From Octopus sinensis (taxonomy: Eukaryota): DNA of 42,394 nt. Positions within the stretch are counted from its first letter, which is position 1, and the number at the start of each line of letters is the position of its first letter. A model generated the notes under the pieces. The model saw nothing but the letters and a program-made list of their open reading frames with translations. It did no database searches and was not told the DNA's origin. The stretch spans positions 1 to 42,394 of the forward strand of contig NW_021836848.1 in assembly GCF_006345805.1 (NCBI RefSeq). Reading direction: 5' to 3'. The translations under genes were made by a program, and so were the position numbers. This document shows, piece by piece, positions 25,638-38,839 of this stretch.

Positions 25638-27479
25638 CGTATATTTTCCATCTGAATATGGCTAACCTCTAGGGCTGATCTCCCATTGCAAATACCGATA
25701 GGGCACAGAAAGCGTGTCTATAGCCAGCTGGAGGAGTTGTTCTCCTGGGGCTGCAAGCTTAAGTAACATCCACCCTTAGTGGTTAGCCATATTGAGATGG
25801 TAAATAAACAAATCGCAATATATTGTCTAAGCATATTTTTGGTAAGTGTTCGTGACTGTAACGTTAGTCTAAATGATACTTTACTTTCAGAATGCTTTCC
25901 CATTGCGGTTCAGCTTCTAAATTATTACATCCTGAAAACGTCGAAGCACAGGATGCTATATCCATTGGCAAACCGTTTCTAACTCTCAAAGATATTGTCT
26001 CAGAGAGCACAGATTTTATTGTGAGTTATTATAAGATTCATTTACTCTCCGTGAGTTCTAAACATAAATCAATGCAATGGTCATAAAGTTCTGGACCACA
26101 TCTCGTAAAATAAATCTAAAATTTACCAGATTCTTCCTCTCTCTACACCTAAAACCCATATCTCTCTTTCGACATTAAATTTCCGTCATATTTCTCTTGT
26201 CCGTTTCCCTAATCGACCTAGCAACAATACCGATAATAATCTTCCTCTCGTCTAAGTTTTACCCCAAACATGTCTGTACAGTAAAGCTTGTACTGCGATT
26301 GCATTATCATTGATTCTGTCTCTGTATCAAATATCGCTTTTCTATCTTTCGCCAAGGCAACACCACTCAACGTTAAATAATAGAAGTTCAATAGTTATTG
26401 GTTAGACCTTCATCAATCATACCCTAATTTTCTTTGATCGAAAGATGCTTTATCAAACAACACTCAGTCGATCGACTTCTGATGGTATTTATTTTTATCG
26501 AAACGACTTCTTTGTGAAATGTTATTTCACTGACATTTGTGCACTGATTTCATCTATGGGACTGTTTTTAACTCAGGATAATTACAAACATACAATGCAT
26601 CCTACAAAGCACAAGAATTTTAAATAAAAAGTAACTTTAAATAATATAAAATTAGAATTTTAATCGAAAGCTTTAATCTAAAGGAAAACTTTTAGCCACC
26701 TTCGAATATTATTATTTGTATGTGACAAAATATTTTACATAGCTCCATATACATTCCATCACACAGACCAAATCCATGTTTTCAAACTGTGTGAAAGAAT
26801 CAAGAAAAAGTTTTTTGTCACTCAATTTTCTAACAAATTCTTCAAATTTAGATGCAGCATTTCAATGTACAAGTGCAAATAATTGAAACAGTTTGGTAAG
26901 AAAGACATGTTTTCTTGTTATAGTGTATCAACTTTGCTCTAACGCTATCCGAAATGAGAGAAAAATACATCCAAATAAATTCTCTTCTTGTAAAATAATT
27001 CAAATCCATCCACATACGTAAAGAGCAAGAAAAACACACGCATGTAGTTGTCTTTAGAATATAAATAGACTCATTGATATCTCATTGATTGATGATTGAT
27101 TGATTGATTGATTGACTGATTCATTGATGGCCCCTTTATAAAATTTGACGATGACCGAGCAGTAAGCATAATGAACAATTAAAGAACATAAAAAAAGAAA
27201 TAAAGAAAATAGAAGATTCCTAAAATTACGTTTTTTAATCTGAGGTCAATGGAGAGAATGATTTTAACTGCACGACACCTCGACAAAGGACGAATCCGTA
27301 CACAGGATCACAGCAGCTTCCTCCAGTAATCACACATTCCGTGCTCCTGGAACTCTAGAAGTGACAGCAATTCGTTGGTGCAAATATGTGACTCTCCCAC
27401 CACTGCAATGCAATGGTGCCATCTACGGATGCAAGTAATTTCAGCCATAAAGAATTAATAAGAAACAGGACTGGCTATA

Positions 27480-27880
27480 CAACATTTCGACACGTAGTGT
27501 TTGGGTGAATAAAAAAAACACCTACGCTGCATCTTCCACACGCCTGAAACTACCATCCCGACTGTAGTTCATAGTTGCTGAGGTATGGAAAAAAACCTCA
27601 ACTGAGTCACCATATCACGAAATATGCCCACTGACAAGATTAAGTCAAGACAACGGAGTTTGTGTGCTTAAGAAGGGAATTATTAAAGTGGCTGAAGGGA
27701 TCTCCAAACTTCGCATTAATATCCTAAAACATTATTCCAGATGTTTGCCCTGCATTGTGGCTTCCATCTCAAGATGAAATTATGTTTCCATTTGTATCAG
27801 TTGCTCCTCCTTGGCCAGCCACCGCCAGCAATGAAGCTGTCGAAATGAAGGCTATATAATTCTATCATACTTCATCTGAA
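27480..27880 (+). mobile_element. Possible heavily decayed PIF/Harbinger transposase
   Basis: STRSVWVNK, ICPL and IIPDVCPALWLPSQDEIMFPF resemble Harbinger motifs (RRVWVH, CPLI, IIPETCEAIWxxLxDEYM). The catalytic GAIDGKH motif is not seen. Confidence 0.3.
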
Positions 27881-28229
27881 TGAACTGAAAACAAGCCACT
27901 AAACATACACATACATTTAATGTGTGCAGTTATACGCATTACCGATGTCCATTAACAACCCTGAATTCAGCTATCCATTAACAAGTCTTGTTTTTCACTA
28001 TGTAAGATATCTAGAGTCATCTTCCTCACTAAACAAGCTTGATGGGATTATCAGTTTAATCACCGTCAACCCGACGATAGAAACGGTTGTAACGTTGTAT
28101 GTTATTGATAGCGTTTTCAAAGGAACAACCAGACACAAATTATGGATGATATCCTATACAAGTTACCACTGTACCGACCAGACAATCGGATGTTGTTACA
28201 CTGGCTCGCGTTATCAAAGCTTTTGAATA

Positions 28230-28430
28230 ATGCCGCCTCAGGCTGGCTGGGCTAGCAGACCAACATCCCGCTGAACTGAACACCAGTTTGCCGAAGGTTT
28301 ATCCATTTACAGCTGAGGGAACTGGGGTAACATCAAAGAAGAATTTTACTCTAGAACTCAACGCATCACTGGTCCGAGAATTGAAACACCGATTTTACAA
28401 TCATGGATGCAACACCCTAACCACCAGAAC
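28230..28430 (-). mobile_element. Degenerate SINE, second family
   Basis: catttacagctgag...gaactcaacgc...gagaattgaaacac...gcaacaccctaaccac is the reverse complement of a tRNA-like head. Confidence 0.55.
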
Positions 28431-28654
28431 TTTCATCTCTCTCTCTCTTCTCTTTCTCCCCCCCCCCGCTCTCTCTCTCTTCCACCCCCCGTCTCTCTCT
28501 CTAACAGGATTGGTTAAATAATCTGAGTTATATTTTCAAATGCAAATTATATCTATTTGAAATTTATATTTTTATAGGGAAAATTGTTGCAGTCTGTAAC
28601 ACAATTTCTACTGAAAGTTATTATACTTAAAGTTTTTATGTAGATAAAATGGTA

Positions 28655-28825
28655 TAGGCGCAAGCGTGGCTGTGTGGCAAGAAGTTTCCTTCACAATCAG
28701 ATCTGTCTGGGTTCAAGTCGTATTGCGTGGCACCTTGGATAAGTCTTCTGCTATAACCCCAGGCCGACCAAAGTGTCGTGGTGGATTTAGCAAACGGAAA
28801 CTGAAAGGAGCTTTTCGTGTGTAAC
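28655..28825 (+). mobile_element. tRNA-derived SINE, second family
   Basis: A-box-like gtggctgtgtggcaag, B-box-like gggttcaagtc, central gcaccttggataagtcttctgctataaccccaggccgaccaaag, followed by (TG)n. Confidence 0.75.
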
Positions 28826-31800
28826 ATATGTGTGTGTGGGTGTGGTGTGCTGGTCTCCCACAATATCTTGATGACCAGAGTTGGTTTACATTTGCATAAT
28901 AAGTAATGAGGTTGATTCATTCGACCAAATATAACTTTTCAATACAGTGCCCCATCATGGCCGCAGTCCAATGACTGAAGCAGAAGATATATCTGCACAA
29001 CTATCTGTCATCTTTCGAACTTATTTTGTATAACAATTAATACATTCTTTTATTATTTGTTTATTTATATTTATGTATTTATAATATTTATCTTCAATTG
29101 AAAATTATTTCAAACCGCACAAAAGATACAATTATTTTATTTTTTCATAATTTAATTCAATAACATGACTTCTCTTTTAGAGGTCTGCCTTGAGTCAGTC
29201 TGAGAATCATTCTTATGCCTCTGAGCGTGTATGATAGTTTGTGTGTATGTAGATGTGTGATTACTTACAATGCACTCATGCTCACGAACACAAAATCACA
29301 AATACAGGTAGACACATGTGTATATATACACAACCGCACAGATACACACTCACACACACACACAAACACACACTTTGTTTATTCTCCCCTCCCCCTCTCT
29401 TATAAGCTACTCCTCATCTACATGCACTCATACAAGCATACCTAAACACAGGCGTAGGAATAATTCTCAGACAGACTCAAGGGAGAAATTTAAAACAAAG
29501 GAAATGTCATTGATGAGGTCAAGAATAGCAACGAAATCACCTTGACACACAAGCAAACGATTGCTTAACGAACACACAAAACAAACGATCGGTTAGTTAG
29601 TTTGTTGGATATTGAACCGTTTGACTAACAATGAAAATTTCATTTTGAACCAGTACGTATGTACTCCCAACACAACAATGACCCTCCCAACACAACAAGA
29701 TTTGTTTCCACACACGAATTCGAATCAAGAGTGTTGCAATCCGCATACAAAAATAAAGTATTTCACAAAATACTTTTTAAAAAATTAATTCAATGTCAAG
29801 AGGCTTAGATGAAAAAAGTATCGTTTCAGTAATATGGTGTCTTTTGAAAATACGTTTTCTTAAAGTTTTTTCAATAAAAAAAGTGTTTCGATGATAAGAT
29901 GTGTGATAAATAGTCGTTTGATAATAGGTTTTGATGTCACTGATAATGCATGACATGAAATACCACAAATACATTTGAATAAACAATTGGAAATCGCTTT
30001 AATGTGAGAAATCAACATACCCAATAACTTAATACGATAAATCCAGCGTCCCATCAATATCCAATGTAGCCCTTTACGTCACCGATACAAATTGTTCTGT
30101 TTGTGTTTGGTTTTAGATTGCATTCCATTCCTGGTGGAAGGTAACGTTCATTGTTGAATCTAGAGAGAACAGAATATAAAATAATACATAAAAATAGAAA
30201 ATTCATGTCAGTAAATGTTAAGTTAAATAAATATAAATAAAAAAGTGCGCGTGCGTATGTGTGTTATTTATACGTCACTACAGTAAACGGGGTCACTAAT
30301 CATACCAGTATTGCTAAAAGAGTCAAATCAACTCAATAGCCACACATACACATACACATACACATATTTATATATATGTCTACATATTTGTGTATATATC
30401 ATGAGATCTACTTCACAGCCCTTAACTGCTCCTTTAAAAACTGCTAATCACCATCTTCATCATCAACATCATCATCGTATCAACTGGAAATTGAGTATAT
30501 ATGGTATATTTAGCACCCTGTCAGCCAGATCCATGACTATATTTCGATACTAATTTGCAGTGATCTCATTTTTCTGACATTATCAATGCACTTGAGTAAA
30601 TATGATTCTTGCAGTGTCCTTTCTGTTGCTAAATATTTTTCGGCTTTTTATGTCTGCATAGAGAAAACTATTAAATATCACCGACTATTTTTCTTAGACG
30701 TGCTCTGAAATCAGCCGACATTCGTGAAATGGATAATATATTGATGAGAGATGAGAGAGAAGAGAAAGAGAGAGAGAGAGAGCAAATGGTAAGGAAAGGT
30801 GTACCTTTGCACTGAAATACTTGCATTATTAACATTATTTTAGGTGAAGCTAGCATTCATTCCGGTGCTTTCCTCTTAAAATCCGCCGGGCCCGACTTCG
30901 CTCTAATTCTTCTGGGGTCGAAAAATAAGAACCACCCTGCACTAATTCCAGTTTGGATTTTACACAACTTGTAAGAATCTACGTATATACCACGTTGCCA
31001 ATAATTTCAGAGATTCTGCTCACTTGGAATGATCGTTATAATTTTCTAATAAGCATTAAAAAACCTGCTCGGTCAACTTGAACCAATATTTTGATACTTT
31101 CATAAAATATATTATATTGTCATTCAATTGATAATATCTGAATACTGTGTATTTAAAACAAATTAATTTCGATTTATTGTCATGAAAAAATATACCACTA
31201 CAATCATTATCAACAATATATAGAATATGAAATATTGTTATTTCCTCACCCGCAAAATTACTGTAAATTTCTACAGTACTAATCTGTATATGTTTCGGAA
31301 GAAATTCTTATTAGAGGTTTCTTTGCCTGTTTGTTATCAGAGGAAAGTAAATAGGAATACGTTCGACTTGTTCGACTCGTTCTTTATGAATTCATGATAT
31401 TTTCCCTGTATATAAAGAAATAAGTTTAGATTATTAAACTGAAAAATCGGAAAATGAATGCGAATAGCAACAAACGGGAGCAAGTGTTCAGATAAGTAAT
31501 GGTATATTTTAGAAACAAGAGATTTTTTACATTTGAATTACAACAAATATTACACAAAGAAACTAACAAGTTTTTACTTCTGATTATAGAAAGAGATTAC
31601 AAGTATTGTAAAAAATGTTCTTTTATTTTTTCCGAAGATGCAGCTGTGTTAGTCCTGGTGTATATACTCGAAGGAACAGCCTTTTCAGTTTATATTTACA
31701 TTGTGAAAGAAAATACAAACAATCCTTCCATCACTACGTTATAGTGAAACATGTGGTGAGATTGTGAGATCTAATACTCTGAAGAAGGAAGGCGCTGAGC

Positions 31801-33854
31801 TGGGAGAAACGTTATCACGTCGAACAAAATGCCTAACAGCATTTCGTCTCCTAAAACGTGAGGTAGGGGAATCGTTAGAACGTCGCGCACGAAGTGCTTA
31901 ACGGTATTTCATCCGTTTCTGAGTTCAATTTCCATTTTACTTTTCATCTATTGGGTCGTTAAACTATCAGTTGATCACTGAGATCAATATATCAACTTCC
32001 CACGAAATAGTTGCATGTGCCAGAATTTGAAAATTATTTATAAAAAAAGAAATAAATATATGTATGTATGTATATGTACACATATATATATATACCACAT
32101 ACACACACACACACATATTATATATATATACATACACATATATATATATATATAATATATAAATATATACATACATATATGTACATACCTTCATATATAT
32201 GTGTATATACATGCATATATGGATACAGGACATCAAAAAAACATTGAACACAATGTGAAACGAAAACAAAAACAGAAAACGAACTTTTTTTCGAACAATA
32301 GAATAAAAAAACAGAGAAACGAGACATGATACACTTGTGTGAGTGAGTGTGTTTATGTTTGTGTGAGAATATATAGATATTGTTACGAATGGGGAAAATT
32401 ATACTTAGATAATTTCTAGTTCGCACGACGTGGATTAGAACACTCCTCTCTGGTTTTATAAGCGAAGCAGTGTGGTTTGGCGTTACAGGCTGTTTAAGCG
32501 AACGCAGTGCGATTTGGGGATCTCAGTCACAGATTTCTTAATTAATTATTTTTTTGTAACTAAACAGTTTGTGGAAACTTCCGATACTGGTTTAACTTGA
32601 CCAAATGTTGTATCTTAAAGTTATTTCGTGATAAAAGTTGTCGTGTTAAAGTGTTTTCAGCTGAAAAAAATTACTGCTCTTTGCGAAAGTAATGGAAGAG
32701 CAGTAACTTCCGGGTCATCGGGTCATGAAAGAGAGAAAAGTATAAAAGAAAAGAAAGGTGGGTGAGAAAAACAGAAAGTTCTTTAACAGGGAATACTTTA
32801 CTGTGTGTGTGCGTGTGTATCCATATTACATGATGTTACATGCTATGAAACGGTCCAAAACTCTAGTCAACAAAATATAAGACTTTGTAAGATTAATAAC
32901 TTTATACTGAGAAGGTCTTACAGAAAAAGAATATGACTATATTACCAATTTTAGATGAATACCTAGACTCTTATATAGCATACCAAAGTCCACAACACTG
33001 AAAATAATAACTAAAGCATGCTAAGGATCTACTGACATATATATCTACTGACATCAATATCTCCTTACCAAATGATTTGAAATTAAGACAATAATAGCTG
33101 GTCCAGCATGGGAATAACTTTATAGAAATCCTTCATGAGTTATTCCTCAAGCATACCAGAAGTTTCATAGCAGATACTAAAGCATCTTCCGAAAACAGTC
33201 GATAAAATCACTGATAGAATCTTTCAATTTCTGAGTCTTTATTCAAACGTCTCTCGCGAAATACGAATATAGGTTATTAAATCCTGGTTGGATCATTATA
33301 ACGATGACTTCCTCACCGCTTGACAAAGTATCTGTAATAGGACAAAAGTTTCTACTTTATGTTCCCATGATAATTTTTATTCCTATTTTTAAATCATTTC
33401 TTTATTTGTATGATATTCTAAGCTATACATACACCCTCTATATAAGATATATATGTCCCTAGCTTATTAATCTAATTCCTTCCATAAGCATGTAACCATC
33501 CTTTTATAAAGAAAAAAAAACACAACTCTGAAGAGATTCTACCCTATATTTTTCAAAATGATAATTAATTCTCATCATTGGAATTCTTGAAATTATGCAA
33601 TTATTTATAGGCTGGAATCGAAACGTACACGCAAGTTTTTCTAAAAATTTATTTGTATTCAGAATTTATCTTGGAATTATCTAAATGAATTAATTTACAG
33701 CCTTACCAACTCTCCATTTTCCCAGTTTTAATTAGATAATACTTACAACAATCCTATACATATTGGGGAGACTTTCCTTGAATGTGTTGGCGATTAAACC
33801 AGTGAAATTTTGGATATATTAATCCCTTGAGAAGATAATACATCCTCGAATTGA

Positions 33855-33878
33855 CTACACACACACATATATATATAG

Positions 33879-33946
<68 letters not shown>

Positions 33947-34060
33947 GTGTGTATGTGTGTGTATGTTTGTGTGTGTGTGGCGTGTGTGTGTGCGTGTGTG
34001 TTTGTGTGTGAATGATATTGCATGTATGTACGAACGTATGCATGTGTGTGTGTGTGGGTG
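33855..34060. repeat. (TA)n/(TG)n microsatellite
   Basis: Direct inspection. Confidence 0.95.
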
Positions 34061-35246
34061 TAACATCATCATTGTCATCATCGTTTAACGTCCAACTTCT
34101 TTGCTCACCTGGATTAACGTTTTGACAGAATGTGACAAGACAGCAAAATGCATCGAGCTCCAGTACCTGCTTTGGTATGCTTTCTACTACGATTGGCTGC
34201 TCTGCTTAACGCCAAGCAGTTTGCAATGTGCTGGGGCTTTCTTTCTCGGTGATACTAGCGCTAGTTAGGTCAGGAGCAAGTTTTCTAAGAGAATACTCCC
34301 TCGTTTGAGTGGGGACACAGTATTGAGGGATGTGGTTTCTATCAGGTGTATAGGGGTGAAAGTATAATAACGTACAGGAACAAGTGTCTTGATTTAGAGG
34401 AGATATATCACTACCCTTTATGAAAGGTAAGAAATACATTACGGTGATGAGGTGTTAGAGGTTACCCTCAAGGACAAAGGAATATAAGTGAGAACAGAGA
34501 AAGAAAATCAGAAAGTGTGGGCAAGCAGTGATAAGTTAGCAATTCTGTGAAAGAGAATGGGAAATGGTTAGTGATGGGGACAGAGAGGAATCCGGTGAAT
34601 GTGGAACACGTACAAGTATCGTTAAGGCTGAATCTCAGTTTTGGGGGAGGGAGTGAAGGGATTAGGAGAGGATGAATGAAGAGGTGGAGGAGAAGATAAG
34701 TGATAGAATATAATAGAGGGTGTGAAAAGCAAAGTATAATGCGACCTTAGATGAGAAATGGGAAGTTTCATGGTGTATGGGGTTTTCGGAATCGGAGTCT
34801 AGCAGGAAATAGAGGTGGAAATTGCGTATATGTGTGTTTTTGTGTGTGTCATGTATATATGGGTGTATGTGATGTCGTGTGCATGTATGTGTATTTCAAG
34901 AATGTGATAATGTTATTTGTCAGTATACAATAATAGTGTAACATATTTTCGTTTATAGGATTTAAACTGTTGTTTTACGGAAACAGGATTATTACTGTTC
35001 TGCATATCTCAAACTTTCTTATATTAAAGGAATCTGTAGTGCAAACTATTTGTTTTTCATATGAATTAATACCTTCATATCTCTGCACGTTAGTCAAACA
35101 GAATTACAATGTCGGGAATGAAAATTACGCTTTAAACAATAGTAATTTTATCAGTATCTTCAGACAACCAACTTTTAATGAAATTGTAATTTAAACAGAA
35201 TATATAAGAATGTAATGTTCAGCAACCCTGCTACTTTGTAACTTAC

Positions 35247-35399
35247 GTTTTTGACAATATGGCTTTTTATATCCAGGTAAGCATCCATTTTTACATTTCG
35301 TAAAGTTTCTGAACTGACAGTCACTAAGGTGTTTACAGTGACATTGGTATATCTGGTTCTTCCCAAACAAGTCAACATCACCATAATCTTTACAACTGT
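35247..35399 (-). CDS. Internal exon: EGF-like cysteine-rich module
   Basis: Acceptor ttgttttcAG, donor C|GTAAGT, 153 bp, phase 1-1: SCKDYGDVDLFGKNQIYQCHCKHLSDCQFRNFTKCKNGCLPGYKKPYCQK. Splicing to 23622 gives CQK-R-CPPQLYGKDC, the normal tandem-EGF junction. Confidence 0.88.
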
Positions 35400-35881
35400 C
35401 TGAAAACAAATAATACATCAACAATATTACAAAATCTCTTTCAATTATTGTCTTAATACATAATATTGATTTCCTTCATATTAAACTATATCTATGTTAT
35501 ATAAAAAGCTTTAGATGAATATAGCGTTGTGATTCATATAATTTAAAGAGCATTAGCAATCTCAGTGATAAGGAATAAATTAATCTAACTATTAGAATCG
35601 GTTCACAAACGGTTTACTTCTGCGACGCTCCTCTGTCTGCCCTAATCATTAATTTACTATTTTATCGCACATTTTTGATTTAAGAAGTGAAAGAAAATTG
35701 ATAATTAGTGTTTATGAACTACAGATTCTGAGGGTTTTAAAATATATTTCGTGTATATATTTTCCTCACATTTAATGACGCATGCTTAATGCTTTTGTTG
35801 TTCTTTAGCCGTCACTTAGCCTTAACTGAGTTGATCTACGATTGAAGGCTTTACACCTATGTCTATCCCATTTCTACTCAC

Positions 35882-35935
35882 CCATCCCATATATTTTTCT
35901 CTCTCGAGAATTACTATATGAGTTTATCTGGTCAA
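35882..35935 (-). CDS. Candidate 54 bp linker or cassette exon
   Basis: Acceptor cacctctcctctcgtAG, donor G|GTGAGT, phase 1-1, open: DQINSYSNSRERKIYGM. No homology support. Confidence 0.5.
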
Positions 35936-36696
35936 CTACGAGAGGAGAGGTGCCACTCATCAATGCAGAATATTAGGTTTGTCATTTTTTTCTAATAATT
36001 CTGAATTATTGAAATTCTTAAAAAATTAAGAGGTTCTTTCCATTTGCTTTATTTACTCCTAGGAAAAACGGTGAGATGTGCCTAGTATTACTGGAATAAA
36101 TTGAAGATTTAACATTCGTAGAGGAGAATACACACACCGTATATTTTTTCTAAGCTTTGTTTAAAAACTGGTTATTCCACATTAACAGCTTTGTCAACTT
36201 TTATTGCGTGGAATATAAATGTTTCACAACCTTCAAAGCAGAGGTCCATTGTACACTTTTATGAACTCGAAAATACAATACAATTGTTTCGACACATCTA
36301 GCATCGATCCGTCACGGGTGGGATACTTCTCAACCGGGTCAGGCGCATCTGACCGTGCAGATGTGTCTCTTCGGGTGATTAACAGATATAACTCGTTAAA
36401 ATAACAGTTCCGCAATGTATCTTCTCACTTAGTGTAAAGAAATATATAGACATAGTTTCATTATAAATAAATTACTCCGCGTGTAATAATACGGGTGATA
36501 TTCCCATCACTTTTCGAAGCAAATAAATCCGAAAAGTATTTGGTATGATATATAAAATTATCATATGAACACTGTAAACAAAAAACATGTTAATGTTAAC
36601 ATCAGCTACATTTTAATTTTATTTTAACGAAAGGTATCTATTTTGAAAATTTAGAAATGAATATTTTCTGATATTTAAATTTAATATTATTAGTTT

Positions 36697-36757
<61 letters not shown>

Positions 36758-37126
36758 TATGTAGCCATGAGAAAACTTTTCTAATGCTTTCTGCCTAAAA
36801 TTGATTCATAGTTATCAATTGATACATATTTTCTCTTGCTCTAGTCATTCTCTGTGTCTTCGTATAAAATACGCATCGTGGTCCTCTTTGTCTTCTTTAC
36901 TGTGATGGTAATTTACAGAACGGAATCAGTATTTCAGACATGTATGAACATGTACACGTACAGATAATTACATATAATAACACTCACAATGCAATAAGAA
37001 ACCGCACTCTAATGAAGGAATCTAAAACTATTACAGGGTGATGGAACATGCAAAATATGAGAGTAAGATCTGTATCATGTTATTCTATTAAATGATATAA
37101 AATAACACTAATACTACTAAACTTAC

Positions 37127-37216
37127 CAGGTTTTCTGAAGCAAGTACTTTTATTACAATTATTTTCTTCCTTCTCATTATCTGCGACACAATCTCCTTTG
37201 GTGATATCACATTGGT
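37127..37216 (-). CDS. Internal exon: short cysteine-rich module
   Basis: Acceptor tttatattaaAG, donor G|GTAAGT, 90 bp, phase 1-1: QCDITKGDCVADNEKEENNCNKSTCFRKP. CxxxxGxC resembles part of an EGF repeat. Confidence 0.75.
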
Positions 37217-38224
37217 CTTTAATATAAATAAAAATAGATCTTTTAATTTTTAAGTAGACATCAAGTGCAATAACTTATAAATCTTGTGGAATATAAAAAA
37301 ATGTTATTTATGTTAATCCCAGCCGTATGAATGCCATAAACCAAAATGTTTGTTAGTGAAAATAAAAATCTAGTGAAAACTGTTCAGCGAAAACACAAAC
37401 TGGTATAATTCTAGAAACGCTTTAATATCCTAATATGCGTAGAGATTTTTTTGAACATCTTAACTGTTTATGAACGTGTTAATACATCAGTACGCAAAGG
37501 GGCTTGCTTCCCCCACCCCTCGAAAAATAGCAAATAGATTTATGTCTGTTGATGGGGAAAAAGTTTACCGTTACACATATCAGGATTACGTCCCCCTGAA
37601 CTATGAAAGCCCCACATATTCGGTCTTATATAGAAACGATACTGTTTCAGATCAGTCTCTCTCCACAACAGATTTGACGAAGCTAACAAGGCGTTATATC
37701 TTCTTAAATTGTATCTTACTTATTTCAGTCATTAAATTGGATCCATGCAAGGGCAACGCATTGAAAAACTTCAGTAGAAAGAATCAGCACAAGTACTTAT
37801 TTTGTAAGCCTGGTGCTCATCCTATTGGCCTCATTTACCGAATGGCTAAGTTAGGGGACGTAAACATAACACACCGGTTTTCCAGCGGTGGTCTGTAAGA
37901 AATACAGACGCAATAGAATTCTATCAATTTCCGACCACAACTACTCACAAGGTATTGATTGGCCCGAGGCTATCCCAGAAGACACCGCTCAATGTGCCAC
38001 GCGGTGGACTGAGCCTGGAATCATATGGTTGGGAAGAACACTTCTTACAATACAGCTGCACCTTTTTCTTCTCATCAACACAAAATACATTCATTTATAT
38101 AATACATAAATACACATATATGTATGTGCGTGTGCAGATATACAGACAGACACACACACGTATAATCGAGTTTGTTTGTTTTGTTTTGGAGCGAAGAGAA
38201 TTGCACTTTTATATTTATTTCTTT

Positions 38225-38310
38225 ACTACCCACAAGGGGCTAAACACAGAGGGGACAAAAACAAACAGACAGACAAAGGGATTAAGTCGATTACATCGAC
38301 CCTAGTGCGT
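38225..38310 (-). mobile_element. Fragment of the tandem-unit SINE family
   Basis: tactacccacaaggggctaaacacagagg...attaagtcgattacatcgacc. Confidence 0.8.
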
Positions 38311-38709
38311 GGCACACTGGTGGGAGTATCATCTGTATGGACTTCAAAGCTTAGGTCGCTATTTAATTAGATATTTTAGGAGTTCGTATATAGGTTTACT
38401 TATAGAATTATAATTTACCGATACTGTTTTTGTACATAGGATAAATGTGTTTCTTTGTTGTAGTTTAATTAATAATGTTAGTTTTAATCCTTCCTAGAAT
38501 TAAGATTGAATGAATGTGGTGATATCTAAGGTATTTTTGTTCCTAAACAACAACCTTATTTAAGTGCTGTTGACACCGCTGGATTGAATGGTACTGCCCA
38601 GCTGTCGAAACCATAGTGGTATCATATATATATATAGTATATATTTATATATATATATATATATATACAAATAAGAATGGACAAACAAATTCAGTTTGTT
38701 CCAACTTAC

Positions 38710-38839
38710 GAATATACAATGTTACATTATTTATTATCCTGTATATTAGTTTCTTAGTGAAATGGTCCCTGGTTGCTATGGATATATCTTTCAGCGATGA
38801 ATCATTCCATATTTTCTCCATTTTTCCAACAGTATTCAT
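38710..38839 (-). CDS. Possible upstream exon of the EGF/F-lectin gene
   Basis: Strong phase-1 donor ATTC|GTAAGT with an open frame back to an ATG (MNTVGKMEKIWNDSSLKDISIATRDHFTKKLIYRIINNVTLYI). No signal peptide, no convincing acceptor and no homology. Confidence 0.2.

Noticed and set aside
25858-26010. Minus frame ...DIASCASTFSGCNNLEAEPQWESILKVKY, superficially like an F-lectin SCxxT...PxW motif
   Set aside because: Bounded by stops, with no in-frame acceptor and no NR motif.
26760-27040. Protein-like minus-strand fragments (FELFYKKRIYLDVFF; NAASKFEEFVRKLSDKKLF)
   Set aside because: Interrupted by stops, no splice framework, and no family recognised.
33063-33330. Minus-strand acceptor and donor signals suggesting an exon
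   Set aside because: All frames hit stops. Only a 15 bp microexon reading is possible and it has no support.
36233-36415. Minus-strand ORF between two exons (TLRNCYFNELYLLITRRD...FIKVYNGPLL)
   Set aside because: No phase-1 GT donor before the stop codon and no recognisable domain.
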